47,045 nt of DNA from Candidatus Thorarchaeota archaeon. GTDB lineage: Archaea > Asgardarchaeota > Thorarchaeia > Thorarchaeales > Thorarchaeaceae. The first letter of the stretch is position 1, and every line of letters starts with the position of its first letter. The DNA lies in the NCBI GenBank assembly GCA_048884965.1, contig JBHLQH010000026.1, positions 1 to 47,045 of the forward strand, read 5' to 3'. The notes beneath the pieces were generated by a model. The model did not search any database and was not told the DNA's origin. It saw only the letters and a list, made by a program, of their open reading frames with translations. Below are positions 1 to 9,197 of this stretch, in pieces. The position numbers and the translations under genes were made by a program.

Positions 1-461
1 ATGAATAACGCCACAGTCACCGCACTGACGTCCTTTCTTGAACCAGGATCAGCAGCGACCTTGACACCAGTCCAGATACCCAGGATAATGGATACGATGG
101 ACGAAGTACCCATCAGCAAAAGGGTGTTGGGTAGTCTCGCCATCAGCTCATCCATCACGGGCCTTTGACTGACGAAGGAGATGCCGAAATTACCTGTGAA
201 CATATTCACGACATACCGCCAGAACATGTAGACCCAGTCGAAGATGTCTGGATCAGGCACGAGTCCAAATCTCTCGTAGAGCTGCTGCAATGCATCTCGC
301 GTCAGATTCCTTCGAAGTTCCTCACTGATCATCAGGTCAACAGGACTGACATCCAACAGCAAAGTTGGAAGTCTAAAGAGAAAGAAGTTGAAACAGACTA
401 CAGCTACCACAAGCAAGAACATGTAGATGCTTCGTCTGATTATGTATTCACGAAGTCCCAA
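1..461 (-). CDS. Peptide/nickel ABC transporter permease (DppB/OppB family), N-terminal part; runs off the window
   Basis: Not in the ORF track. Manual translation from TTG at 461 (AGGTGA RBS upstream) gives MGLREYIIRRSIYMFLLVVAVVCFNFFLFRLP...YVVNMFTGNFGISFVSQRPVMDELMARLPNTLLLMG..., the typical DppB N-terminus and 'G.FG.S....PV...l..RlPnTl.L' motif. Confidence 0.9.
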   Translation of the reverse strand, partial: MGLREYIIRRSIYMFLLVVAVVCFNFFLFRLPTLLLDVSPVDLMISEELRRNLTRDALQQLYERFGLVPDPDIFDWVYMFWRYVVNMFTGNFGISFVSQRPVMDELMARLPNTLLLMGTSSIVSIILGIWTGVKVAADPGSRKDVSAVTVALF

Positions 462-481
462 CTTATATCACCTGATTGATT

Positions 482-502
482 ATACATAGTGTTACTATGT
501 AT
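482..502. promoter_or_regulatory. 9-bp perfect inverted repeat (candidate operator)
   Basis: ATACATAGT-GTT-ACTATGTAT, 20 bp upstream of the permease start in a divergent promoter region. Confidence 0.45.
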
Positions 503-642
503 TGTATCACAATATACTCTGTGGCTTTGTACTAATAAAGCGATGGTTCAACGTAGGTTTGTATGACCAAAATTGGCTATAGCTATCAGTCTACATACCG
601 AAGAGAAGACTGATATTATGCTGGATATATTCAGAGAGTACA

Positions 643-1398
643 ATGAAAGTCACGCTCCTAGGAACAGGAACCTCATTTCCAGATCCCGCCCGGGTGCAAT
701 CTGGGATAATGATAGAAGAAGGGGAGATGTTCATTCTAATAGATATAGGATCAGGAGTACTACATAGACTGACACAAACTGGGGTGAATCTCACAACCCT
801 TTCGGGAGTGTTCATAAGTCATTTTCACATCGATCACTGGTCGGATTTTGTGACATTAATTCAGACACTCTGGTTGCAAGGATATGATAGGTCCTTGCCT
901 CTCTTCGCACCACCAGATATTAGGAATGTCATGAGAGGACTCTTTGATGTTGCAGTTCCATTCTATCGAGATAAGGTGATAATAGAACCGCAAATACTCT
1001 CGGAACGAGATTCAGTACAATGCGGGCCATTCTCAATATCCACCTGCCCTACTGTCCACAGTACACATGATGTTCGAGCATTCAAAATCGAGCAAGGGGG
1101 AAAATCTATTGTCATCTCTTCGGACACAGCTTTTAGTCGTGATATAATTGAGCTTGCTCGTGATGTAGATGTTCTGATTCATGAATGCAATTGGCTCGAT
1201 GGGTCAAATCCTGAAGGTGTCCATACTAGTCCATTGGAACTCATGAGAGTGGTCGAAGAGTCGAACCCGAGGAGAATCATACTCACACACATGATGCCTG
1301 AAGTTGTGAAGGAGCGTGATAAGGTCCTAAGTATTGTAGGTAGACGAACAAATGCTGAGGTCATCATGGGAGAGGATCTCATGACTATTGAAGTCTAA
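643..1398 (+). CDS. MBL-fold metallo-hydrolase, RNase Z/RNase BN-like
   Basis: N-terminal LLGTG, SHFHIDH (HxHxDH), SSDT, LIHEC, HTS and LTH motifs. Confidence 0.85.
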   Translation: MKVTLLGTGTSFPDPARVQSGIMIEEGEMFILIDIGSGVLHRLTQTGVNLTTLSGVFISHFHIDHWSDFVTLIQTLWLQGYDRSLPLFAPPDIRNVMRGLFDVAVPFYRDKVIIEPQILSERDSVQCGPFSISTCPTVHSTHDVRAFKIEQGGKSIVISSDTAFSRDIIELARDVDVLIHECNWLDGSNPEGVHTSPLELMRVVEESNPRRIILTHMMPEVVKERDKVLSIVGRRTNAEVIMGEDLMTIEV

Positions 1399-1919
1399 CG
1401 CTTCTTGGCAAGTATCATCTCGTCAGAGGGCTTATACATTCTTTCAATGTTCTTGCATCCGAAAGCGGCCATCAGAACGAACAAAGGCGCCGTAAGAGTA
1501 AGACTCTCCAAATCAGGAAAGATTGCTGGTATTCCAGTTTGCATTATCGAGAAACCATTTATCGCGAGTACAATGAACCATGCCGTCGCATGAAGTGCAT
1601 TAAAGATTGAAGCTTTCCTAGCGAACCCATATGAATAGAATTCAAGGATGTAATAGGTTTCACGAAATATGAAGACCAAGACGGCCAAAGTACCAATGAC
1701 TAAGAACTCTATTCCCAGTAAATAGTATAGGACATAGATCGCAAAGATTCCAGCTGCAAACTCAAAGTAGGTGGTCATAGGGTTGAAAGGTCGACGTGGG
1801 TTCTCCTTCTCAGTATCATCTTCAATTACTGGAGGTTTGACTTCAATCTCATTCTCATCGCTCAATGCAGATCGATGATTTTTACTATCGAATGCTTTTA
1901 ACTGAGGGTTTCCTCGCAA
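1395..1919 (-). CDS. Hypothetical membrane protein (about 4 TM); true start may be downstream
   Basis: ORF with several hydrophobic segments; stop overlaps the stop of the convergent gene. Confidence 0.65.
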   Translation of the reverse strand: MRGNPQLKAFDSKNHRSALSDENEIEVKPPVIEDDTEKENPRRPFNPMTTYFEFAAGIFAIYVLYYLLGIEFLVIGTLAVLVFIFRETYYILEFYSYGFARKASIFNALHATAWFIVLAINGFSIMQTGIPAIFPDLESLTLTAPLFVLMAAFGCKNIERMYKPSDEMILAKKR

Positions 1920-2008
1920 AAATCTTCAAAAAAGCACATCGTGTGAATCTTTAAAACAGCTCAGCTTCACGTACTATCAGTACTCGAATTAATACGGGTG
2001 TAAATAGC

Positions 2009-2887
2009 ATGGCAGATGCGATTGAATGGACGAACGCTGGACCAGATCAAATCGTTTGGCGTTATCCAGATAATAGGATTGATTGGGGCTCACAGCTAAT
2101 TGTTATGGAAAATCAAGCAGCCATCTTCTACAGAGATGGCAAGGCTCTTGATACATTCCTAGCCGGGCGCCACAAGCTAACTACAAGTAGTATGCCTGGT
2201 CTTGTAGGTTGGCTTCAGAAGAAAGTCAAAGGAGACGTGTTCGAAGCTACCTGCATATTCCTCTCTCGAGGTCAGTTCCAAGGCAAGTTTGGCGGACGCG
2301 GTCAGACAAGTGATCTAGCTCCTCTAATGTTCCATGGCAACTTCTGGTTCAAGATAGCAGAACCAAAGATCTTCACCAATGAAGTTGTTGGGAATCAGAA
2401 CGCTTTCGATACACGGAGAGTTAACGATTACCTACGCTCATTCATGAACGAACGTATCATTGATGAGTTTGCACACTATGACCTCCAAGCTGTATTTACT
2501 CAGCTCGATGAAACAAGCATGAAAGTAAAAACAAAGGTTCGAATGAACTTCGAACGCATTGGTCTCGAACTCGTCGACCTCAAGTTTGAGGGTATGGATA
2601 CTACAGAAAAGTACCGAGAGAGACTCTTCATGCTTAGAACAGCTGGTGTCAGCGGCTCACAACTTTTGGGTTCTGAAACCATGAGAGACGCTGCTGATTC
2701 AATTGGTCGAAGCCCTGGTGCTGGATTTGGCGCTGGAGCAGCCATGATGGGTGCAATGGGTGCAGCAATGGGAGCTGGTAGTGGTGGTCCCGCAGGGACA
2801 CCTGCTGGAGCCAAGTTCTGCAGTAACTGCGGCAACGCTCTCAACGGAGCTAAGTTTTGTCCAAACTGTGGCTCAAAAGTAGGATAG
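2009..2887 (+). CDS. SPFH/band-7 domain protein (YdjI-like) with Gly/Ala/Met-rich linker and C-terminal double zinc ribbon
   Basis: IVWRYP..I.WGSQLIV.ENQ.AIF..DGK..D.F.AGRH.L.T N-terminus; C-terminal KFCSNCG...KFCPNCG. Confidence 0.85.
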   Translation: MADAIEWTNAGPDQIVWRYPDNRIDWGSQLIVMENQAAIFYRDGKALDTFLAGRHKLTTSSMPGLVGWLQKKVKGDVFEATCIFLSRGQFQGKFGGRGQTSDLAPLMFHGNFWFKIAEPKIFTNEVVGNQNAFDTRRVNDYLRSFMNERIIDEFAHYDLQAVFTQLDETSMKVKTKVRMNFERIGLELVDLKFEGMDTTEKYRERLFMLRTAGVSGSQLLGSETMRDAADSIGRSPGAGFGAGAAMMGAMGAAMGAGSGGPAGTPAGAKFCSNCGNALNGAKFCPNCGSKVG

Positions 2888-2898
2888 ACTCAAGTAAT

Positions 2899-2935
2899 CT
2901 GGAGAGTCGAAAGACCTCCAGTTTCTTCTATTTTT
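2899..2935 (+). terminator. Hairpin plus U-tract terminator
   Basis: CTGGAG-A-GTC-GAAA-GAC-CTCCAG followed by TTTCTTCTATTTTT right after the SPFH stop. Confidence 0.6.
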
Positions 2936-3043
2936 CACACGCTCATACAATGAGAATCAGCTGCATACTTGCAAATCACTGATTGCATTCTGCAAAGAAT
3001 GATTGAAATTCATCAATGTGAATATACTCATTGAGAGAAAAAC

Positions 3044-3700
3044 ATGAAGCATCTAGTGTTATTCATAGCAGTGATTCTGGTCATATCGAATTTATTGCTA
3101 TTAGATACTTCTGATAACATACAGGGGTTACATTGGGGGTATTCGGAAGGTGCTAGATATGATTTCAAAATAGAAGAATATACAGACCTTAATGGCAGCA
3201 TTACAAAACATTCTGAATACCTTTATTCTATCTCACCCGAGTATAGCAATATTCCAGACTATGTTGGCGTAGATGATTCCATACCTAGAATATCATTTGG
3301 GTTGTTCTATGAGAATGGAACCACTGCAGGAGAGAGAAATTTGGCAGTACCAGTTGGGAATTGGAGTGTCTATACAGAGATCATTCAGAAGTATGCATTA
3401 GACGAGAACAGATCAGTGGAAATCATAGACATAGATACTGAATGGGGATACAACGCAACCATCATAGATTATGAATACTTCACATTCTCTGTCCTAATTA
3501 TATACTCAAAGTCCGATGGGATAATAATAGAACATGCGTGGGAAGACCGTGTAAGTGGATTCTTCCATTCACGGGATTCCATCACTCGTATCTCCATAAG
3601 TCCAGTTATCCAAGGATTAGCAGTATCTGGTATTGTAGGAATTGGCGTGATTTCTGTGATTGCAATTCTTTCAAAGACTCGAGATTCAAGTCTCGAATAG
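3044..3700 (+). CDS. Hypothetical exported protein with N-terminal signal and C-terminal TM anchor
   Basis: Hydrophobic N-terminus, beta-rich middle with NxS/T sequons, C-terminal hydrophobic helix. Confidence 0.75.
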   Translation: MKHLVLFIAVILVISNLLLLDTSDNIQGLHWGYSEGARYDFKIEEYTDLNGSITKHSEYLYSISPEYSNIPDYVGVDDSIPRISFGLFYENGTTAGERNLAVPVGNWSVYTEIIQKYALDENRSVEIIDIDTEWGYNATIIDYEYFTFSVLIIYSKSDGIIIEHAWEDRVSGFFHSRDSITRISISPVIQGLAVSGIVGIGVISVIAILSKTRDSSLE

Positions 3701-3714
3701 CAAAGTCGCAATAG

Positions 3715-4035
3715 CTATTCTTCTTTTTCCGATGAGAATGATATGTATATCTTCTGATCAGTCTCGTCTATTATCGAACGATAGTTGATAGCACCGATTT
3801 CGTTTATCTTAATCTTCAACTCTTCAATTGCTGAGTCGTCATCATGTCGAAGCCGAAGATACTCCTTCAAGAAGTCAAGCTGAATAGCCTTGTCTGTGTC
3901 CTTCACCTCTTCGAGTATATCACGAAAACGTTGCATAGACTCCATATCAAGCTGAACGTTCTTTTTGTGAATATCTTCCATCTTCTTCACATATTTTGTA
4001 ATATCCATTTTATCAAAATCCTCCTCATTATTCAT
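3715..4035 (-). CDS. Hypothetical acidic protein
   Basis: 106-aa ORF with ATG start, fills the gap, protein-like charged composition. Confidence 0.65.
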   Translation of the reverse strand: MNNEEDFDKMDITKYVKKMEDIHKKNVQLDMESMQRFRDILEEVKDTDKAIQLDFLKEYLRLRHDDDSAIEELKIKINEIGAINYRSIIDETDQKIYISFSSEKEE

Positions 4036-4367
4036 ATGATTGGCTGAGAATATTTAGGTAACAGATTCTTATGAGTCTTAACAATTCATTGGCGGTAATT
4101 TATGACAATGATCTCAACATATCAATAAACCAAAGAAGATTATATGCGACGGATCACTAGCAACCATTTTTCATGGATTTGAGGAGTCAGAAGTCTTCCA
4201 TTCACATAACATTGTTAAATTATTGTTTTATGCATAAAATAGTAATATTTATATTCGGTTCATGCCTTGCTAGGTGTGAGAGAGCACAGAATGCATTTCA
4301 AACTCCTCAGTGGAGGGCTGAATAATCATAACTGTGGCATCTCATATAAACGGAGGAAAGTAAGTAA

Positions 4368-5054
4368 ATGAATAGAAAGAGAATGATGGTGTTGATAGCA
4401 TTGGCATTCACAGTTTTTCTGGTGTGGAATACATCCAATGTAAATGCTATTGATCTTGATCCAGGTGATGGATCAGGGTATGTTTATGCTAATATCACCG
4501 TGACATTCAAGACTCTACAGTGCGTAGCTGACACAGATGCTATGTCTGGCACTGGTCTAGCGAGGGGAGGAGCTGATGTATGGTGCAGGACCGCAGGTTC
4601 TGGGTTCACAACTATAAACAGCCAACCCTATGTGCTAGACAAATACTATGGAATTCCAAATGATAGTGGAATCCTGCTTCCTGAAACCATTATCGCGCAA
4701 AGATTCGGGATGAACATTTGGAATGGTCAATACTTTACTGTGACCTACAATAATGTGTATCTTGATGGTGACAAGACCCTTGATTTATTCGTTTATGACC
4801 AAGATCTGCTAGGGTTCAAGCAAGAACTTGTTCAGGCAAGACTCGTCATCAAATCAATCGGATCTGTCATTTCACCTCGAGATTACAACAACATCTTCGC
4901 AGAATTTCCAAATGATTATGTAGATTCCTATATTGATTTCGGCAGAGTCGATGGAGCGTATTATTCGACCTATGTGCCTACTCCATGGGGTAGTTACACA
5001 TGGACTTGGCCAAATGGTCTCTTCATCGATTTAGATATTGTCTATCACTCTTAA
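4368..5054 (+). CDS. Secreted protein with possible C2-like beta-sandwich domain
   Basis: GGAGG RBS; signal peptide ending in VNA; C2-like segments ITVTFKTLQCVADTD...ADVWC, NIWNGQYFTV, TLDLFVYDQD. Confidence 0.7.
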   Translation: MNRKRMMVLIALAFTVFLVWNTSNVNAIDLDPGDGSGYVYANITVTFKTLQCVADTDAMSGTGLARGGADVWCRTAGSGFTTINSQPYVLDKYYGIPNDSGILLPETIIAQRFGMNIWNGQYFTVTYNNVYLDGDKTLDLFVYDQDLLGFKQELVQARLVIKSIGSVISPRDYNNIFAEFPNDYVDSYIDFGRVDGAYYSTYVPTPWGSYTWTWPNGLFIDLDIVYHS

Positions 5055-5070
5055 GGAATTTCAACATTCG

Positions 5071-5110
5071 GTTGGAACGATGTTTTGCTTTCGTTCCAAC
5101 TCTTCTTTTT
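5071..5110 (+). terminator. Hairpin plus U-tract terminator
   Basis: GTTGGAACGA-(10 nt)-TCGTTCCAAC then TCTTCTTTTT after the stop at 5054. Confidence 0.6.
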
Positions 5111-5170
5111 ATCTCCGCAAACTTGACATTACCAAAATTCAAATGGAGGTGCAATTCCCTTCATCCAGAA

Positions 5171-6952
5171 ATGGATCTGAGTTTGAATGGCTCGCTAAGA
5201 AGGGAGCATAGAAGAAGGACAGGTAGCTATTACACCCCTCAAGATATAGCCAGAGATATTGTTGAGCAAACACTGGACCGATGGATTCGCGATAGACATG
5301 ATTTGAGGGGGAAAAGTGTATCTTCCCTGCCTACAAAAGAGAAGGAAGAAATACTGGCATCGCTTCTTGGATTAAGAGTACTGGATCCCTCAGTTGGAGA
5401 TGGTATATTTCTGAAGATGACTGGTGAATACTTGGAAACGTTGTTTCTTGCACTTGGTGACAAAAGAGATGGAATCTACATTCGGGAAGATATCGTGAAG
5501 AATAATCTCTTTGGAGTCGATATCCAGCAGACAGCAGTACAAGACTGTAGAAATACCCTAGTTGACTGGATTGAAGGGAAGGATCTGCATCATCTGACAA
5601 AAGACACTATCAAACAAGGCAATAGCCTCATCGGTAGTATCCGAAAGAAGGACATTACTGCATCTAATGGTTTAGATCTAAGAATGGATTGGTACAAGGA
5701 ATTCCCAATGGTGTTCTCCGAGGATCGAATGGGTTTCGATATTATAGTAGGCAATCCCCCCTATGGAAATCTTCTAAGTGCAGAAGAAAAGGAGTATGTC
5801 AAGCAAGCCTTCAGCTATGACATAATGTCAGGTCGAGATGGGAGCTGGAATATTGCACCCATATTCATAGTACGCTCAAAAGATCTACTGCATGCTCACG
5901 GACACATGGGTCTTCTGCTTCCAAATAGCATCCTTCGTGTTGGCCAGTTCAAAAAGACTCGAGACTTCATAAGGGAAAAACTTGGACTCTGGAGCATAAC
6001 GGATGAAGGCAGTCCTTTTGAAGGAGTCACTTTGGAGATGGTTAGTATCTTCTGTAGTGCTAATCCATTATCAGCAAAATCGGAAATAATTGTGAAATCC
6101 CGCAGGAAAGGTCTCGCTGGTAGGTATAGTATATGCAGAAGTGATCTACAGAGCCGCATCTTCTCGATATATTCGGATTCTCTATTCAAATCCATAAGAA
6201 AGAGAGGACAAACGAATCTTCTCAGCGCCACAAGGGGAAGGGATATTCCTGCACAACATACCACACATGAACCGTCACGGGAATTCTCAGTACCATATGC
6301 CACCAGAGGAAGAAGCATTGGACGTTACAAAATAAATGATGAATACCTAACTTACACGGATGATTGGTTCAAGCAAGATGGGGTTTTACTGGACTCATTT
6401 TCGCATGACTTCCTTATCGCAACAAAGAATTATCCATATCCTAGATGTGTTCACAAGCCAAAAGGTGTGGTGCATGGTGGAGGTGTTGTACGAATCAATT
6501 CTTTGGTGGAGGATCTAGATATGAAAGCTGTTGGACTCTTGCTAAATTCCAGACTGATCCGATTCTTGAGTATTAAATACCTAACAAACTATGCACAGCT
6601 GACAACATGTATGAATACAGGAATTGTTGAGGAGATACCATTGGTCATTCCAGAAGACACTCTCCCAATTTCATACATATTCGATATACTGCAGGAAATG
6701 CATAGTCACGAATCATTGAAGGAAAAGACCGAATCCTTGGAGGCATTTGTAGATGCCTTAGTCTATTCCATCTATCTTTATCCACGAAGCGACGATACTG
6801 AACGATTGCTTGATTTTTCGAAATCACTCATTAGGAAATCATCCTCAAGAATAATCCACGATATTGGTGCAAATGACCAACAGGTTGTGATAGAGCGTGT
6901 TATGAATCGCTCAGTGGTCAAGAAGATTGAATCATCGCCAAGAATGGAATGA
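5171..6952 (+). CDS. N6-adenine DNA methyltransferase (TaqI/Eco57I-like gamma class), apparently orphan
   Basis: GSYYTP (motif X), VLDPSVGDGIFL (motif I), FGVDI, FDIIVGNPPY (motif IV), C-terminal TRD-like region with LLNSRL. Start moved to ATG 5171 because the track start at 5000 overlaps the upstream gene and its terminator. Confidence 0.9.
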   Translation: MDLSLNGSLRREHRRRTGSYYTPQDIARDIVEQTLDRWIRDRHDLRGKSVSSLPTKEKEEILASLLGLRVLDPSVGDGIFLKMTGEYLETLFLALGDKRDGIYIREDIVKNNLFGVDIQQTAVQDCRNTLVDWIEGKDLHHLTKDTIKQGNSLIGSIRKKDITASNGLDLRMDWYKEFPMVFSEDRMGFDIIVGNPPYGNLLSAEEKEYVKQAFSYDIMSGRDGSWNIAPIFIVRSKDLLHAHGHMGLLLPNSILRVGQFKKTRDFIREKLGLWSITDEGSPFEGVTLEMVSIFCSANPLSAKSEIIVKSRRKGLAGRYSICRSDLQSRIFSIYSDSLFKSIRKRGQTNLLSATRGRDIPAQHTTHEPSREFSVPYATRGRSIGRYKINDEYLTYTDDWFKQDGVLLDSFSHDFLIATKNYPYPRCVHKPKGVVHGGGVVRINSLVEDLDMKAVGLLLNSRLIRFLSIKYLTNYAQLTTCMNTGIVEEIPLVIPEDTLPISYIFDILQEMHSHESLKEKTESLEAFVDALVYSIYLYPRSDDTERLLDFSKSLIRKSSSRIIHDIGANDQQVVIERVMNRSVVKKIESSPRME

Positions 6953-6988
6953 GCCTACGTGGACACTGATGCTTATATACACTAGACA

Positions 6989-7633
6989 TTGTTAGAATTC
7001 AGACCTGATATGAACGCTGAAGAGAATGGTACGGGCGACACAACCGAAATGGCAGAAGCAATTGTTGATGCAGTTGAAGAGGAAAGAAGTACTGTGAATG
7101 ATGAAGACGCTCTAACTAAAATGGAAAGAGAGGTTGAAGCAGATAAAGAACAAGAGCGTATTAGAAGGGCAAAAGAACTGAAAAAACAGCTACGACGTAG
7201 AGAAATTGGACTTCTTTACTACCGATGGCCCGCTGCTGTACTCATCCTTAGTGGCATATTGGCCATCGCCACTGAATTCTTGCCTATTTGGGTTCAGGAA
7301 GAAGCAGTTTTCGGATTCTATACTTTCTGGGAAGGGTTCATTGTAGCAGGCAGTGTTTTCTGGTTGTTTCCAATCGCATCCGGAGCAATTATGATCGTTC
7401 TTGGATATTTCGCGTATGCTAGACCAAAGACAACCTTTCTAGCTGTGATACCTGCGATGCTTATGGCAATGGCTGGCTCTCAAGTCTATTTCCTAATCAC
7501 AGCAGCATATACTGCAGCAGAGATAGCCGGAACACCAATTGATTTCGCTTTCATGGCAACAGGTACTCCACTACAAATGATTATTGTTGCACTTCTTGCA
7601 TTGCTGTCCATAGCTATTCGAGAGAAGGAATGA
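6989..7633 (+). CDS. Hypothetical membrane protein: acidic/coiled N-terminus plus about 4 TM (start probably ATG 7010 or later)
   Basis: Charged helical N-terminus followed by four hydrophobic stretches. Confidence 0.75.
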   Translation: MLEFRPDMNAEENGTGDTTEMAEAIVDAVEEERSTVNDEDALTKMEREVEADKEQERIRRAKELKKQLRRREIGLLYYRWPAAVLILSGILAIATEFLPIWVQEEAVFGFYTFWEGFIVAGSVFWLFPIASGAIMIVLGYFAYARPKTTFLAVIPAMLMAMAGSQVYFLITAAYTAAEIAGTPIDFAFMATGTPLQMIIVALLALLSIAIREKE

Positions 7634-8206
7634 TTACTCATCTTGGAGGAAATCCTCCAACCTTCCTTCTTCTTCCAGCATGATCATCCAGTCAATCCGC
7701 TGTGGAGGTTCTTTTTGTTGGAGAGATTTTAGTAACTCATCTGCAAGTTGACGAGGAGTGTGCTTTGAGGCATCTATTTCATATACCTTCTGTTCACCGA
7801 ATGCATCAATCGCGTCAAGCTGGCAGACACCAAATATCTCAGATTCCACATTCTCATTTACTTTCTCTTCTGGATAACCGCGTTCTCGCAGTCTTTCAAG
7901 TAATTCATCAGGATGAACACGAAGTACAAAAACTCTCTCTACTCGTCTACTTGGCACGAGATCTATGTAATGGCCCTCAATGATGAGATCGGAGGTTTCT
8001 TCATCGATAATTCTCTCAATAGCATCAACAAGGCAATCCTCATCAATAACAAAAGTATCGCGGGCATCATCGCGATCACGGTGACAATTCCCATCCTTTG
8101 CTACTTGACCAAGATTGATGACTGAACGTCCAAGCCTTCCGCCCATCAGATTTGCCACTGAGGTTTTCCCTGTACCGGGTGTGCCTCCGATAAGAATTAC
8201 TTTCAT
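7634..8206 (-). CDS. Adenylate kinase 6 / Fap7-family NMP kinase-ATPase
   Basis: GGTPGTGKT P-loop, IIEGH (Fap7-type hhhh(D/E)xH), LRxRGYxxxKxxEN(V)ExE motif. Confidence 0.88.
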   Translation of the reverse strand: MKVILIGGTPGTGKTSVANLMGGRLGRSVINLGQVAKDGNCHRDRDDARDTFVIDEDCLVDAIERIIDEETSDLIIEGHYIDLVPSRRVERVFVLRVHPDELLERLRERGYPEEKVNENVESEIFGVCQLDAIDAFGEQKVYEIDASKHTPRQLADELLKSLQQKEPPQRIDWMIMLEEEGRLEDFLQDE

Positions 8207-8323
8207 GAAGCGCGCGTCAGATAGATTCAGAGATAAGCTATTTGATACAGCAAAAAGTGCAGAGCTATAATTCCTTATAAGACATCAAATTGTCATAGTA
8301 CATGAAAATAATTTGAAATCAGT

Positions 8324-9088
8324 GTGATGCCTTTGAAACTCAAAACGAGTATCGCCAAATATACTATCGCTATATTGATCCTACTGATAGCAGGCATATT
8401 TCTATGGGGAATAAACACAGTGGCATCAGTTGCCCTCTTTTCAATTGCTTTAGCTGGAAGTCTTGTTCTAGTTTGGAACGTGTTTATCGACAGAATTGAG
8501 ACAAACACCGGATTCACCCAGCCCATCTATCGTGAACAGAATCTATCACGTCGATCACTTGCAGATATCGAGAACAGAATGAAGACAACCCTAGAGAAGA
8601 TAGAGAATGCGTATAGCTCTTATGGATCAATATTCGATGATATCGATGAGTCCGAACTCTCAGAGAATACTATGGAAGATTACGACGCAGAAATTCCCAT
8701 CGGATTGATTGATGGAATACAAACTGAATACTGCGACAGGCTTGAGAACATAGGGATAATGGACATTGATGAACTTGCTATTGCTGATCCTGAGGAGATC
8801 AGTGATTCAGCTAAGGTATCCAGGCAGACGGCAGAGGAATGGATTCTTGATGCGAAGATATTGTTTGTTGGCGCACAGATATCTAGTCTGATTCCTCTAT
8901 CTATGTCCGATCCAAAGGAAATTCAAAAGAGGATAGAAAAAGCCAGAAAATCGGGAGCTCTTAAGATGCCTGTTGACCATGATGTTTCACTTTCCAAGAT
9001 TGAACGATGGATCAATAGAGCGAATGAAATGGTTTCCTCATTCGATGTTGCAGAGATACAGAAACTCCTTGACGACAGCGATAGATAA
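8324..9088 (+). CDS. Membrane-anchored protein with helix-hairpin-helix (DUF4332-like) domain(s)
   Basis: Two N-terminal TMs; IGLIDGIQTEYCDRLENIGIMDIDELAIADPEEI...AEEWILDA pattern plus a degenerate second copy. Confidence 0.7.
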   Translation: MMPLKLKTSIAKYTIAILILLIAGIFLWGINTVASVALFSIALAGSLVLVWNVFIDRIETNTGFTQPIYREQNLSRRSLADIENRMKTTLEKIENAYSSYGSIFDDIDESELSENTMEDYDAEIPIGLIDGIQTEYCDRLENIGIMDIDELAIADPEEISDSAKVSRQTAEEWILDAKILFVGAQISSLIPLSMSDPKEIQKRIEKARKSGALKMPVDHDVSLSKIERWINRANEMVSSFDVAEIQKLLDDSDR

Positions 9089-9197
9089 TCAAATCCGTAG
9101 GTAAATTGACCTCAAGGTTCTATAAAAACTGATAAAAAGCGCACGAATTTCAGTTTTAGTGACTCTTATTGCAATAACAGACTACAAGTGAAGCAAA

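Noticed and set aside
165-479. 104-aa plus-strand ORF in the track
   Set aside because: Antisense shadow of the DppB-type permease on the minus strand (1-461).
5000-5170. N-terminal extension of the methyltransferase ORF
   Set aside because: Overlaps the upstream gene and its terminator hairpin; ATG 5171 just before motif X is the more plausible start.
4036-6952. Possible mobile or defence island around the methyltransferase
   Set aside because: No integrase, transposase, tRNA target or flanking direct repeats seen; only a locally AT-rich intergenic region.
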